From the NCBI GenBank assembly GCA_000388065.2, contig KB932208.1: DNA of 40,665 nucleotides; one strand, 5' to 3'. The notes below the pieces were generated by a model. It was not told where the DNA came from and made no database searches. It saw only the letters and a program-made list of their open reading frames with translations. Numbering within the stretch: position 1 is the first letter of the stretch; every line of letters begins with the position of its first letter. Below, piece by piece: positions 11,680 to 24,542 of this stretch. The position numbers and the translations under genes are program-made. This stretch comes from Fonticula alba ATCC 38817 (Eukaryota; Protista; Nucleariida).

Positions 11680-12432
11680 CCCGGGCGCCCCTTTTGCCCC
11701 GGCACGGTTCCGGTGGGGGGGGGGGGGGGGGGGGGCGGGGGGGGGCGGCACGTAGCTGGCTCTTCCTCAATGCCCCCCCGGTGCTGACTGCTCCTCCCTT
11801 TTCACACATCTATATCCTTCCCTTCGCCCGTTCAGCGGGGGGCCCACATGCGAGAGGGATTTGCCGGCGGGCCCGGTTGCACCCGGGCTTGTGTCTCGTC
11901 TTCCGGAGCGGAGCCAGAGGGCCGGTCTCGTCCGGTGCCTCTACATCAGAACGGGGTCTTTTCCTTGTCGGCCCTCAGGGCGACGCACACCGCCCCCTCC
12001 CCCGCCCCCTCCCCCACATTCCCCCCTCTGCACACCCACGCCCTTTGCCCAAACCCCAAACACCCTCCCACACATCGCCTGCCCCCCGCCCCGTCTGCCT
12101 GCCTGCCGCTGCCGCCGCCCGCCCGCCCGCTCGCGCCCTTTTCCCTTCTCCCCCCTCCCCCCCTCCTCCAAGCCCCTCTGCCCAGTCCAATCCATGGAAG
12201 GGCCAAGCGGCTCGTTGCGGACGACCCCCCCACTGCATTGCCTTGCCTCCCCCCAGTGGTTCGTTCCTCCCGGCCTCCCCCTCCCCCCCCCTCCCCTCCG
12301 CCTCTCTTGCTCCTCCTCCCCTCCTCCTTCTCCTGCTCCTCGCATTCTCCCGATGCCCCGCAGCTTCTGATTCATTGCCCTCCCCCCCCCCCACAGAGGG
12401 ACGCCCGCCTTTCTTCCGGCGCCCTTTGAGAA

Positions 12433-15400
12433 ATGGGCATTTTCAGCACAGCGCCCACCGAGGCGCCGGTGGAGGAGATCGACTACTCATCCTACCTGCA
12501 GGCGGAAGACCCGGATGAGGCATATGAGATCCTCTGCGAAATCGGCCAGGGGAGCTTCGGCTCGGTCTACAAGGTCCGCATGCTGCCCGACGCGACATCT
12601 TGCCCCCCTCCCCCCCCCTCCTCCCCCTCGCGCCTGTGCCCCATTCTCGCCGTCGCTGGTTGTTCTCACCCCCCCCCCCCCCCCCCTCCCAATCTCTCAT
12701 CTGCCATCATGCACAGGCCCGGCAACTATCCACAGGCGAGATCGTGGCCATCAAGAAGATGTCCATCCAGGGGGAGCAGGGCAGCGAGGTTCGTATCCCC
12801 GGGCGCATGGGTCATGCCCACCGTCAATCACACGCGTCGCCCCTTCTTTTGCCCTTCGTGCTAACCCGCCCGCCCGCCCGCCCGCCCGCCCATCCTCCCA
12901 CCTCGGCTGCCGGCCTTCGGGAACACAGTCCTGGATTGAGATCATGAAGGAAATTGCTTTCATCGCCACCATGAACAACGAGTCCATGGTGCGACATGTG
13001 GCCGCACATTTGAAGAACTCCACCGTCTGGTTGGTGATGGAGTTCTGTATGGGCTCGGTGTCGGACGTCCTGGAAGTCCTGCGCGCACCGCTGCTGGAGA
13101 CCGAGATCTCGGCCCTTGTTGCCAGTGTCCTCGAGGGCTTGATCTACCTTCATGGGACGAATCGCATCCATCGGTATGTTGGCACATGGATTTGCATCTC
13201 ACCTTTGTATCTCCCCCTCATTGTGGGCCTGCGCTTGCTTCGGTACTCACCCTGGCGATTGCCTACAATCCCCCCCCCCCCATCTATGCGACCACAGTGA
13301 CATCAAGGCTGCCAATATCTTGCTCACCAGTCGCGGTAAAGTCCGACTGGGCGACTTCGGCGCCGCATCCATGTCTGACCCGGCCAACACCTTCATCGGG
13401 ACCCCCTGTTGGATGGCCCCGGAGGTGATCCTGGCGATGGAGAGTGGTCTTTATACCCAGCGTGTGCGCTTAGTTGCCCTTCCTTCCTCTCCTCCCTCCC
13501 TCTCTCTCCTCTCCTCCCTCTCCTCCCACCTCTCCCCTATCCTTCTCACACGCATGCATATACCCGAATACCCATTCGGCATCTTCCATGATGCTCCCTC
13601 TGCCATGGCCATATGTCCCTCATCCCCTGCCCCTCGTGAACCAAGGCCGACATTTGGTCCCTGGGCATCACATGCATCGAGCTGGCCGAGCAAAAGCCCC
13701 CCCTGTTTGAGATGAACACCATGTCTGCCCTGTACCACATCCCGCAGAATCCTCCTCCTCGGCTGCAAGCGCCCGAGCGGTGGTCGGCCGACTTCAACCA
13801 CTTTGTCGAGTCCTGCCTACAGATGGCCCCCTCCGACCGGCATTCGGCCCTCCGTCTGCGAGAGCATCCCTTTATCAGCAATTATCGGGACACCCACTCG
13901 CGGACCCTGAAGATCTTGGTTCGCCGGGCGCGCAGTGCCGCCCAGGCCCTCGAGAAGAACGCCGTCGACGCCAAGACCACCTTCGATCTGGTCACCTCGG
14001 CCGTCGGCCCGGTGCCCATGCCGCGGATCACCATCTCCTCCGACGGTGGATCGGTTGGCCCGAATGATGGCCTGACCATCATGATCGACGGCAAGGAGGT
14101 CGACTGCTCCACCCTGGAGGAGGAATGCCTCGACCGGCTGCTTGCGGCCGATAGCGATCTAGACGACACCCAGGAGGTGCCTGGCCCCCCTCTCTGCCTC
14201 TTTCTCTCTTGTTCCCGCCATTGTCCCCTCTTGCCGCATGCCGCTCTCGGCAGAGATCGGTCACCCTTTTGTTTGGCTCCTTTTCCTTCGCCATTTCCCC
14301 CCCTTGCCCTGGTCAAGTGGCAGCCTTCTAACAATTGGACCTGCCTCTCTCTCTCTCTCTCTCTCCCTCCCCCCCTCCCCCCATGCCCGGGGTATGCCTT
14401 CTCCGGTTTCGCACATGCTGCCGCACATCCCCCTCGGCGCCTTTCCCCGCAGCTTCGCCGCAAGCGCGCCCGCAGCAAGCCCTCCAAGCCCAAGTCCTCC
14501 AGACCAAAGGGCGAGCGTTCCGGCAAGAGTGACCGGCCCCGGAGTGGCCGGTCTCGCAAGCCTTCGGCTGGTGATGGTGCCACCCCCCGGCCGGCCCCGC
14601 TGGAGGTTGATACCGCCGGCAGTGGCATCAATGCTGCCATGGCCGAAATGTCCCTCGGATCAACCGGCAATGCCCCTGGCAGCGAGGAGGCCTTCTCGCA
14701 TGTCGGCAGCGACAAAGACCCACACAGCCCGCCGCCCGACTCGCCGGCGGACAGCCTTTCCTCGGTGGACAGTTCGACCTCCTCGTCAGCCTATTCGGCC
14801 TATTCCGCATCCTCGGCCGCCTCTTCAGTTCTTTCCAGTCCCCCCTCCTCGTCGTCGACTTCGTCGCACGTGTCCTCGGCGGCTGGGACCCCCTCGCGTC
14901 CACTGCCCCCGGCTCTGACGCTGACGCGCTCCGCCTCTTCCTCTTCACAGGTGGGCCAGTATCTGTCCTTCTCGGATGCAGCGGTCGGTGGCGGGCCGCG
15001 TTCGCCCATCGGCACCGGGCTCTCGCCGGCTGCCTCTTCCTCCCTGGCCCGGCGCCAGTCACTGCACTATCAGCGCTCGCAGTCCGTGGCCACGTGCACT
15101 GGCTCCGGCTTCGGGACCGCTGACACCGGGGCCCACCTGCGGTCGTCTGGCCGGCCCAGTGGAGGCGCCTCCTCCGGTCGAAGCCCGACTCCGGGCGCCT
15201 CTGCGGCGGATGGTGTCTTCCGGTCGCACTCGGCCAGCGCCGATGACGACGGGGTTGGTCTTGGTGGTGACATGCCCGGCGGCGACCATCGCGGCCGGTC
15301 GCACAGTGTCGGTTCTTCGGTGGCTCCCTTTGCCTCGTCGGATGTCACCTCTTCGCCGCCGTCCTCGCGGCTGCTGGCCCTGCCCGGGTCGCCGGCCGGG

Positions 15401-17123
15401 TCATCGCAACTGTCTCATGATTCGGACTTCGGCGGTTCCAGCGAGATGCATCTTCAGCCGCTGGCGGCCTCTCGCGACTCGCATTCCAGCTCCCTGTCCA
15501 TTGGATCGACCAGTGACGCCTCGGCCAATGATGACCATCGCCAGTGGGAGGAGGCCAACTATGACAAGACCATCAAGCCGGTCTTCAGGGCCAGCCGTGA
15601 GCAGGAGCTCCGGCGAAATGATTATCAGCTCATGAAGACCCAGCTGAAGGAGCTGAAGCTCCTGCAGACCCAGCAGGGCAAGTTCCTGAAGCAGCTGCGC
15701 AAGGTACGCCCTTTTCCATGCCTCTCTCTCTCTCTCTCTCTCCCTCTCTCTCTATTGGTCGATCCTTGTCTCTGTTCGTGTGTGTGAGTCTGTTTCCTGT
15801 TCTGCCTTGTTATACTCATCAAACAAATCCAACCATGTGTCCTCCTATGCCTGTCTCTCTCTCTCTCTCTCCCCCTCCCTCCCCCCCCGCTCTTTTCAGA
15901 CCCATGATCAGACCCACAGCGAGACCATTTCTCGTCTGGAGAAGGAGATCGAGGCCGCCGTCAAGCAGGCCAACTCGGAGCACGAGAAGCTGACCACCCG
16001 GCTGCGCGCCGAGAGTGATGCAGCCCTTCGCCAGCAACAGGCTGCCATGAAGAACTTTGTCAAGGAGCAGAAGGCCCGGCAGAAGAAGGAGCTGAAGCAG
16101 CACCTGTCCCAGCAGAAGACCATCATCAAGGACATGAGCCGGTCCTTCCGGGACTCGCTGACTGTCACCGACAAGGTTGAGCGCCGGGACATGAAGCAAT
16201 ACCATGCCATGGAGCTGGACGAGTGGACGCGTGTGGCCAATCTCGAGTTCGAGGGTGCCTGCCAGCAGCAGGCCGATGTCGAGCGTCGGGCTTTCGCCGG
16301 GACCCTGCTTGAGGCGCAGTTCCAGCTGGAGCTGCGACACTTTGAGGAGGAGGCTCGGAAGAAGACCGAGAATGCCCGGCATCTGATGGCGGTGCGGTTG
16401 CAAAATTTCGCCGCCGAGCAGCAGTCCTACGAGATGTGTTTCATCGAAGTCCAGCAGGAGTTTGTCAACCAGCAATCCCAGACCCAAAGCCTGGAGCGGG
16501 AGCAGCTGGCCTCGCTTCATCGGAAGGAGGATAAGGAGCTGCGGAAGACCCATCTTCTGGAAGTCAAGGCCCACCCGAAGACCCTGAAGGCCATCCGCGA
16601 GCAGGCGGCCCGAGTCCGGGAGCAGGCCTTGCGGCAGTCGCGCGAGCGCCGGGCGGTTGTCGAGCAGGCTCTGCTTGAGAACGCCCAGTCCAAGGAGGAG
16701 CGTCGGCTCCTGTCGGAGGAGTTCCGCCAGGAGTACCTGCGCGTGTCGCAAACCATCCAGCAGGAGCATGACCAGGCGGCTGAGCGTCTGGTGGAGGAGG
16801 CCAGTGCCCGGTTGCAGGCAATGCAGGAGCGCCAGCTGGCCGACATGCGCCAGCGTCACGAGCGCGACCGGGAGCAGCTGAAGAGTTACCAGCTGGTCCG
16901 GCGCGACCTGCTGCTGGAGTCGCAGGCGGTCGAGCGTCGGTCGCTGCTCGACCGCCAGGCCAGCAACCGTTCGGATCTCGAGGCCCAGTTGGCGTCGGAG
17001 CTGGACGTCCTGTCGAAGCAGCTCCACCGGGACCAGGTGGCCCTGGTCGCCCGGCACCAAGCCGAGCGGGCCCACCGTCTGGCTGAGATTTTGGACACTC
17101 TGGCCCTCCTGGACAAGATCTAA
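12433..17123 (+). CDS. TAOK: TAO-family STE20/GCK Ser/Thr kinase with Ser-rich linker and long C-terminal coiled coil, 7 exons, ~1209 aa
   Basis: Exons 12433-12573, 12717-12788, 12929-13173, 13298-13463, 13646-14176, 14453-15703, 15900-17123 total 3630 nt in frame. Motifs: [124 protein letters not shown]. The EVILAM.EG.Y and PPLF.MN.MSALYHI.QN strings are TAO-typical. The last exon is an E/Q/R-rich coiled coil. Confidence 0.92.
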
Positions 17124-18270
17124 GGTCGGGTCTCTTCTCCGTCATCGTCCTGGCTCTGGCTCTGGCTCCCTTCCGGTTCTTCGGCTTTGTTTTATACTCT
17201 CCGAGTTCCCTTCCTCTCGAATGGCAGGGTGTTCTCGGTCTTCTCCACTCCCCCATCCTTCTCCTGCCCCTCCCCCCTCCCCCCCCCTTGACTTGTTGAT
17301 GTTGTTTGTGGTGACTGGTGTCCTGCTCTTTTTCCCCATCGTGCGCATGCACCCGCGCATTCTCCTCATCAGTCCTCCATTCATATCATCTCTCTCTCTC
17401 TCTCTCTCTCGTGTCCATACATATACATGTGCTCACGCGCACACATACATATATGTATCCCTGTATTTGCGCACCCGGACAAGGCGGTGCCTCCTTCCCG
17501 ATGCGCCTCCTGCTGCATGCTCCATCTCCGATTGCGCTCGCTGGCAGCTTTCTCGCTCTCACCCGAGGAGGTGGTGCACCCGCGCCAGGCGCGTGGCGTG
17601 TTCCTCCCCCCCCCCCTCTCCTTCCTTCGCTGCCCTTTCCCCCTCCACCGCCGGGGAACATGGCATGCAGTCACATACTCATGCACCGCACGTGTCACGC
17701 GAAGAGTGCCGCCGAGCCACGGCATCGCCTGGACCCTCTCCCTCTCTTTCCCTCCTGCTTACACTTGCTACACATGCGTGTTGCACAGGGAGACGCATAC
17801 CTCCCGCTTGTCTTCCTCGCCGTATGGACGCGCATACACATCCACACCACCTCTGTTCAGATTATTACCCCCACACCTCTCTTCCAACGCACACGCTCTG
17901 TCCTTGAGTCCCCCCCCCCCCCACCATAATATACCCACTCGCTCAATCGCCACTTCTGGGCCCCGGCTTTGATCGCGTCCCCCTCCTCCCACACCGTTGG
18001 CATGTCTAGCGGATTTTCATCATCCCGCGGTGACAGCCCCCGGCCCCAGTCCCAAGTGTGGAGGTTGACTGGGAGCCCTTGCTTTTTTCTCCCCACCCAT
18101 CAGGAGGCCTGCGGGCCCCGCCGGCGATGCGCCTGGTCGGACACTAGATTGGCATGTAATCGATGAGGGGGATCTTGCTGACGGCTCCCTGATTCGGCTT
18201 GAGGGGCATTTTGAGCGTGTTCTCAAAATAGCGCGACGCCTCGATCCTCCTCACTCCTCCCCCCCCCCCC

Positions 18271-18394
18271 NNNNNNNNNNNNNNNNNNNNNNNNNNNNNN
18301 NNNNNNNNNNNNNNNNNNNNNNNNNNNNNNNNNNNNNNNNNNNNNNNNNNNNNNNNNNNNNNNNNNNNNNNNNNNNNNNNNNNNNNNNNNNNNN
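18271..18394. other. Assembly gap (124 N)
   Basis: Run of N that begins right after a poly-C tract. Confidence 0.99.
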
Positions 18395-18530
18395 TCCCCT
18401 CGTTGTTGCTGTCGCTCTCTCCCTTCCCGCCCTCCCCCCCCCCACTCCTCCCCTCCTGCTCTCTCTCTCTCCCCTCTTTTCGCAACCCTCGGTTGGATAG
18501 CTTGCTCTTGCTTCGCCCTCATTCTCTGCC

Positions 18531-21500
18531 ATGCAGACGGCCCTCCGGCCGGCGGTATTCGAAGTCCTGGACTCGGGCCCCCGAGACATGACTGGTGCCA
18601 TCGAGGATGCCCAGCAGCTGCTAGCTTCCGGTGCGTCTTCCCTCCCGGCGGACGCCCCGCGCGCCGGTCCTTTGTCCACCTCGCTCCAGCCCAACTCACC
18701 CACCTGTTTTCCCTCCACCGCTCGGGGTACTTTGACCCTGGGCTACATCGTCTCCTTCGCCCACCCGCCTCCCGCCCCCCCCCCCCGCCATCATCGCACT
18801 CGCCAAGCTCCCGTCTCCCCCTTCCTGTCGGAGGAGTTCGATGCCATCCGCCATGCAGCGCAACTGATCACCAGTGGCGTTGCCAGTGGAACGACCGCGG
18901 ATGGCGATCCGTCGGGCTTGGCAGCCGTGGCAGGCGACATCCGCACCGCCATTGAAAGGCTCTTGGCCTCTGGTTTGCCACTTCTCCTGCACCGGATCAA
19001 TCTCGTGTCTCCCCTGCGTGGTGCGCTTCCCGGTGCCTTGCACCATCCAATCCGCCTGCTTGGATGCGCGGAGTCCTCCCGAGAAACAAACAAACAAACA
19101 AGCCAACCAACTAATGCCACCCTGTCCCCTCCCCCCCCCCCCCCGGCAGAGCATCTGCCGGAGATTCACCGCAGTGTGCATGGCCTCCTGCGAAGCATCG
19201 GTGATGGCAGTGCCGATCCCGGGGCCCAGGGCGCGTCGCTGCTCGGCCTGGGGCCCTTTTGGGCGGATGCCCGAGCCGCGGCAGGCGATCTGACCCTGCT
19301 GGCCAGTGCGACCGACATCGCCGGACACCTTGCCCATGGGAGCAGGCTTTTCGCCGGATTGCAGGATGCCTGCCTGGCACTGCACCGGTCGTTGGCCGGG
19401 AGCACCCACCCAGACGCCGAAGGCCTGCCGGATCTGGCACCGGAATTCCTGCTCTGCTGCCAGCTGTATGCCGACTGCGGTGTGTTCGTGTGCCGGCCTT
19501 TCTTCCCGTCCCCCCCCCCCCCCCCCCCCCCTCCCCTCCTTTTTTCTGTTGCCTCACCGCCAAAGGGGGTGGATTCCCTCCTGCCGCTGACTGACCGTCC
19601 AATGGCAGTGACACTCTTCCGATCGCCGGTTGTTCAGGACATCGTCTCTGCCCAGGCGGACCTGCGCAGCCTCCAAACACACTACCAGCCCTTCCTGTCT
19701 GCCATTGGCGATGGCCTTGCCAATCGCCTGATTGGGCAGGTGTGTACCTCCCATGCAGATGCTCAGGACCTGCTGGTGCGTTTTCCACCCCGCCTGCCTC
19801 GCATGGCTTCTTCCATTGTCCCTCCGGCCTCTTCCTGTCCCTTTCATTTGGCCGAGGTTGATGATACTGTCCCCTCCAGCTGGCTGGCACGCTGACTCCC
19901 CCCCCCCCCTTGCCCTGTGTATCTTTGCCATTGGTATGCAGCTGCCCCGGCTCAAGTGCTTGGCTTTCGTCTTCTGCGGCCTCTCGCAATTGGGCTCTCT
20001 CTTCCACTCGCTTCTGGCCGCCCTGGCCCAGCCGCTGGCATACTTCATGAAGACCGTTCACCACCTGACCCTTCAGGTGGGCGCGACTGCCGGGCTCGCG
20101 GCCTCCCCGGGCCACCAGTACTCGGCTTTGGTCGGCGTATGGGATACCCTCGCTGATTCCTTCCACCGGTACGTCCCCCCCCCCCCTCCTGCCCCCTGCC
20201 CCTTCTCTCTCTCTCCGCCTTTGGCAGGTGGCCTCCCTTTGGCGTGGTCTCACCTGTGTCTCCTTGCCTCACCCGCTTCCCGCGGGCTATCCACGACCAT
20301 GGACCGGACTTTCGGCATGGCGATCGGCCAAAAGGATTTGCGTGATCGAACATCTTTTGGACTTGCTCCCTGATGATCTTCTCCCGCCCGAGACCCTGGG
20401 CTTTTCCGGCCTCCTCCGGCACGCGGTCGCCTGTTGTGTGGTCTTCCTGTCGGCGCCAGCCTGGTCGGTGCCGGCTGATCAGCTGTACCTGCTCAACTCC
20501 CGGGCCATTGCCAGCATTGAGCGCAGCCTGGCGGCCAATTTGTCGGCCCCCCTGCCGGACGTCGTCGGCAACTTGCCCGCATCGTTCCTGTTTGCCGGGA
20601 CCTCTTCGTATCCCCTGTCTGCGGTCTTTTGGGCCATCTGCCACTTTGAGATGAATCGAACGGGCTCAGGTACGCATGCACCTGTCCATTTGGCCTGCGC
20701 TGGTCCCCGCCCATCCCGAGATGGGCTGGGTGTCCCGTTTTCCCGCTATCGTCTCCTCGTGTCCCTCCCTTCCTTCTTCTGCTCCCCCCCCCCTTCACAC
20801 ACACACACGCGCGCACGCAAATGATCAACATTGACACGTGCCTCTTCAGGGCTGTCGCGCTCGATTGAGGAGTTGCCTGCCGCCACCGCCACCTCCGGCA
20901 TCGGGGTGTCGAGCTTCAGCTCGCGGAACCCCTCGGAGGCGCGATTGCTCGGCTTCTGCCAAGATTGGATTGTCTCTTCGCGGCGTTTTCTCTCGCGTCT
21001 GGAGGACTTCTCCGCCCCGATGGCCAGCGCCTCCTGTCCGCCGGAACTCCTGTGCGTCATCCGCCCTCCCCCCCTTTCGACACATGCTGCACACGCGAGG
21101 GGCTCTTTTTCCTGTGCTCCATGTCCGGCATGCTGACTCCCCTCTTGCCTCGAATGGCAGGTCTTGCATTCGCCACATCATCCAGGACTCGGCCACGGCG
21201 CCGGTGGTCCGGGCGGTGATCGGCCACCTGGCTCGGAAGTCCTTCACCCTGGCGGCCGAATGCACTGCCTCTCTAGATGCGCTGGAGGAGCGAGCCGCCG
21301 CCCTGTCCAGTGCCCCCGTGTCACCGGCAACCCCCGATGTGCGGGATTTGTCCAGCCTCCTGCCGACCGACGCGCTGCTGAGCGACCTGGTCAGCCAGCT
21401 TATCGCGTGCGTGGGTCTCCCCGGCTTCCTGCTCCGCTCCGCTCCGCTCCTCCTCCCCCACTGACCGACTCCCCCTCCCCGACCGACCAACTTCGTCAAT

Positions 21501-23716
21501 GGCTCGCATGGGCTGCGCTGTGGCGACCTCTTCTTGGGGTTCTATTGCAGCGAGCTTCGCGGAGCCCTCGGGGTGGATATCGGCCACAGCTCGGAGGTGC
21601 TCCGAGCCTCGGGCCCCCTGGCGGCGCCGGTGCTCCCCTGCACCAGTCTCGGCAGCTTGTCCCTCTTCGAGGGCGTGGCCAGCGCCAGCTCGCGGTGTTG
21701 CCAGCTGATCGCCGCACGCCTCGAGTCAACCGTACGTCCAATGGTGGATGCCTGGCCGACCCCGATGTCCATCCTTCCACTTTCTCCCTCTGAAGGTGCC
21801 TCTCTTGGCCCCCCCCCCCCCCCCCCCCCACCCCCGCCCATCAGACACTAATGACATGGTCCGATCCCTTGGCCCAGGCCTCCTTGCTGCCAGCCGTTCG
21901 ACTTCCCACGGCCCCAACTAGCGCCTCGCTGCCGCCCCTGCTGCAGCTTCGCATCAAAATGGCGGCCACCGCTTTCTCCTTGAGATCACTGCTGCTGGCA
22001 CGCCTGGAAATGGTGCTCCCCGGGGAGTGGGAGTCAGCGCATGGGGCCGAGTTGGCGCACTTCCGCCAGACACTTGAGCACACTTTCCAAGACCCGCTGG
22101 CCTTGCTGGATTCGTTGATTTTCAACACCCTCCTGGGGCCCCTGCTCCTGGAGGACGCCACCCGGGCCCTGCTCATCGATGGGTGTCTTCACTCGCTGGC
22201 ACTGTCTTTCCATCCCGGGTGCGCATCGGTGGACGTGCTGGCCCCCTCCTGCCCGCCAAGATGGCTGACTCTTCTGATCTCTCCCCTGGCCCTCGGGCCT
22301 CCCTCTTGCTCCATCCCTCCTGGCAGCCACTCAAGTCACATTCCTTCATCCTTCTCCGGGGTATCTCGACACATTGACGCCCTGTCGCGGCGGGTGGTTT
22401 TCCTTCGGCAAACCGTCCTTGCGCAATTGCCCGGCATTGGCGGGACTCCCTCTTCCTCATCTTCGGGGCTGGCCACAGCGGCGACCGCCAGAGCCGGTGA
22501 CACGGAGGACTTTGAAATCTTCTTCCGATGGTTCGACCAGACCCCCCCCCCCCCGGCTCCCCCGTACTCTTCCGCGCTCACTCGCCCACTCGCCCGCTTG
22601 CTAACCGCCTTTTTGCCACCCAGGACAAGCATGATGGTGGACTGCCTGGCCGATGCATTTGTCTGGCGGCTGGTCCTGGCGGTTGGTGACTTCCTCGGGC
22701 TCACGTGTACCGGGGCGGCGGGGTCCAATCCCCAGCAAGCCGGGGCTCATGCCGCGCGCGGCGGCGAGTATGGCCTTCCGGAGTCCGTGCGCGTGCGCCT
22801 GGCCGATGACACCGCACGCGTGGAGGCCCTTTGTGTGGATCTATTGTGCCTGCCGCCGGCGGTGACGGCCGGCACGGCGGGCAACGGCGGCCCCACGGCG
22901 AGCGTCGACACGCGCCTCTCCCCGGCCGGTCTGGATGGGCGCCTTCACAGTGTCCGTGGCATCCGCGTGCTCCGTGCCATGCAGTGCGTGCCTTTCTTTC
23001 CTCGGGCTTGCCGCTCCACCTCTGTCGGGCCGGGGTTCTCTGTGATCCCCTCACCTTCGGCTGACCCCTCTCCTGGTGCTCCTCCTGGCCCGCGGACCGA
23101 AGGTCCCTTCTCTTCCATACGCCGGAGTCTTTGCACCAGCTGATCTCGCTGCCGGTGCCGGGGTCCACAAACGGCGGTGATACCACGGAGCCGGCCGCCT
23201 CGCCGCTGGCCTACTCGTCGGCAGCCACGATCCCGATGTTCTCCCTGGATCCCTTTTTACTGGCACACTTCATCCTGGCCCTGTGCCAAGCCAAGTCGGC
23301 CCCCTTCCTGGTGATGCCGCACACCCGGTGCGTGGCTGGCGTTGGGCCCGATCTCCTCTCCGCGTCACGCCGGCCAGGCTGGCCCGTGCGCTGACACCCT
23401 CTTGCCCCTCACAACACCCTCCAGGCTGGGCATGACGACCGACGAGTATTCCGATCGGATTTTGGCCGAGCGCGCGCTGGCGGCCGGGGGTGACTCGCCG
23501 CCGGCCGTGGATCCGGTGGTCCCCGGCGGCCGGCCGGCATCCAGCATGCAAGCCCTGGCGGCGGCCACCATCTCCGACATCGTGCGCACGGGGGCCGACG
23601 AGCTGGCCCGGCAGGCAGCCGGGCCGGCCGATGTCCCCCACTTCCTCCAGTCGATTCTCACGCGCGTTGCCGATGTCATCTCCGTCATCCCCGTCGGGCA
23701 GGTGGCTCCGCTGTGA
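18531..23716 (+). CDS. COG5: Divergent COG5-like tethering-complex subunit, 14 exons, ~1129 aa (5' end may lie in or before the gap)
   Basis: Exons 18531-18666, 18808-19020, 19150-19479, 19609-19739, 19942-20168, 20335-20669, 20850-21051, 21161-21406, 21551-21731, 21878-22218, 22327(or 22336)-22530, 22624-22987, 23140-23327, 23425-23716 splice in frame. FLSEEFDAIRHAAQLI resembles the COG5 N-terminal FL.DDFD...Y..Q.I. LAFVFCGLSQLGSL resembles VGTALQVFYNLGTL. The C-terminal LLAHFIL...MPHTRLGMTTDEYSDRI resembles the COG5 SP.Q...W....YS.W region. The gene itself is well supported; the family call is moderate. Confidence 0.55.
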
Positions 23717-24542
23717 AGGGCCCCCGCCCGGCCCTCGGCGTCGGCGGGGGCAGGGCGTGGCGTGGCGTGGCGTGGCGTGGCGGCAGGGGGGGGGGCGGGG
23801 GGGGGGGGCCCGGACGCGGCGGAGCCGGCCGGGCTCTTCGTGCTGCTGTTGGAGTTCCACATGCAGAATAAACCCAAGTGATGGAGGCAGGTGCCTCGAT
23901 TAAATGCCACTGGATCGCTCGATCACATGTCGGTGTGGGCGCTCCGCGATGGATTATTCCGCCGCCAGCAACAGAGGGAAGCACTGCCTTGGCGCGCGAA
24001 CGCGCGCGCGCGCGCGCGCATGCCCAGCTTGGATTGCCCGGCGCTGTGCCGAACACCTGCCCGTCCCAGGGCCGTCCGCATTAGCAATGCGCGTGGGGGG
24101 GCGTGTGTGTAAACGTGCGTGTTTTCTTTTTCATCCGCCTGCATGTGAGCGAGAGGGAGGGAGGGAGAGAGAGAGAGGGGGGGGGGGGGGGAGAATCGGC
24201 GCGTGTGCATGGGTGCCTGCTTTGGGCAATGATCCCCACGCCCCAGATCGCCCGTTGGCCGTGGTTCGTATGTCGACGGCCGATTTCGTGGCGCCTCGAA
24301 ATGCAGGAGAAAGTGACGACCGCGCCAAGAAGGTCGCCTCTCCTTCTCCTTTTGGGCAGGCCCACTTGTGGATGTGCTGTTCCTCGCCATGAGACAGGAA
24401 AGCTCCCTTCCCCTCCCCCGCCGTCCCTCTTTCGCTCTCTTCCTCCGGTCTTTCGTGGCTCTCTCCCTCCCCCCCTCCCCCCCTCCCCCCACTCCTCCCC
24501 CACCCATCCGCCTTCTTCGTCCCTTCGTCGCCCGGCTTGCGG

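Noticed and set aside
15819-17075. 418-aa minus-strand ORF
   Set aside because: Antisense shadow of the TAO coiled-coil exon.
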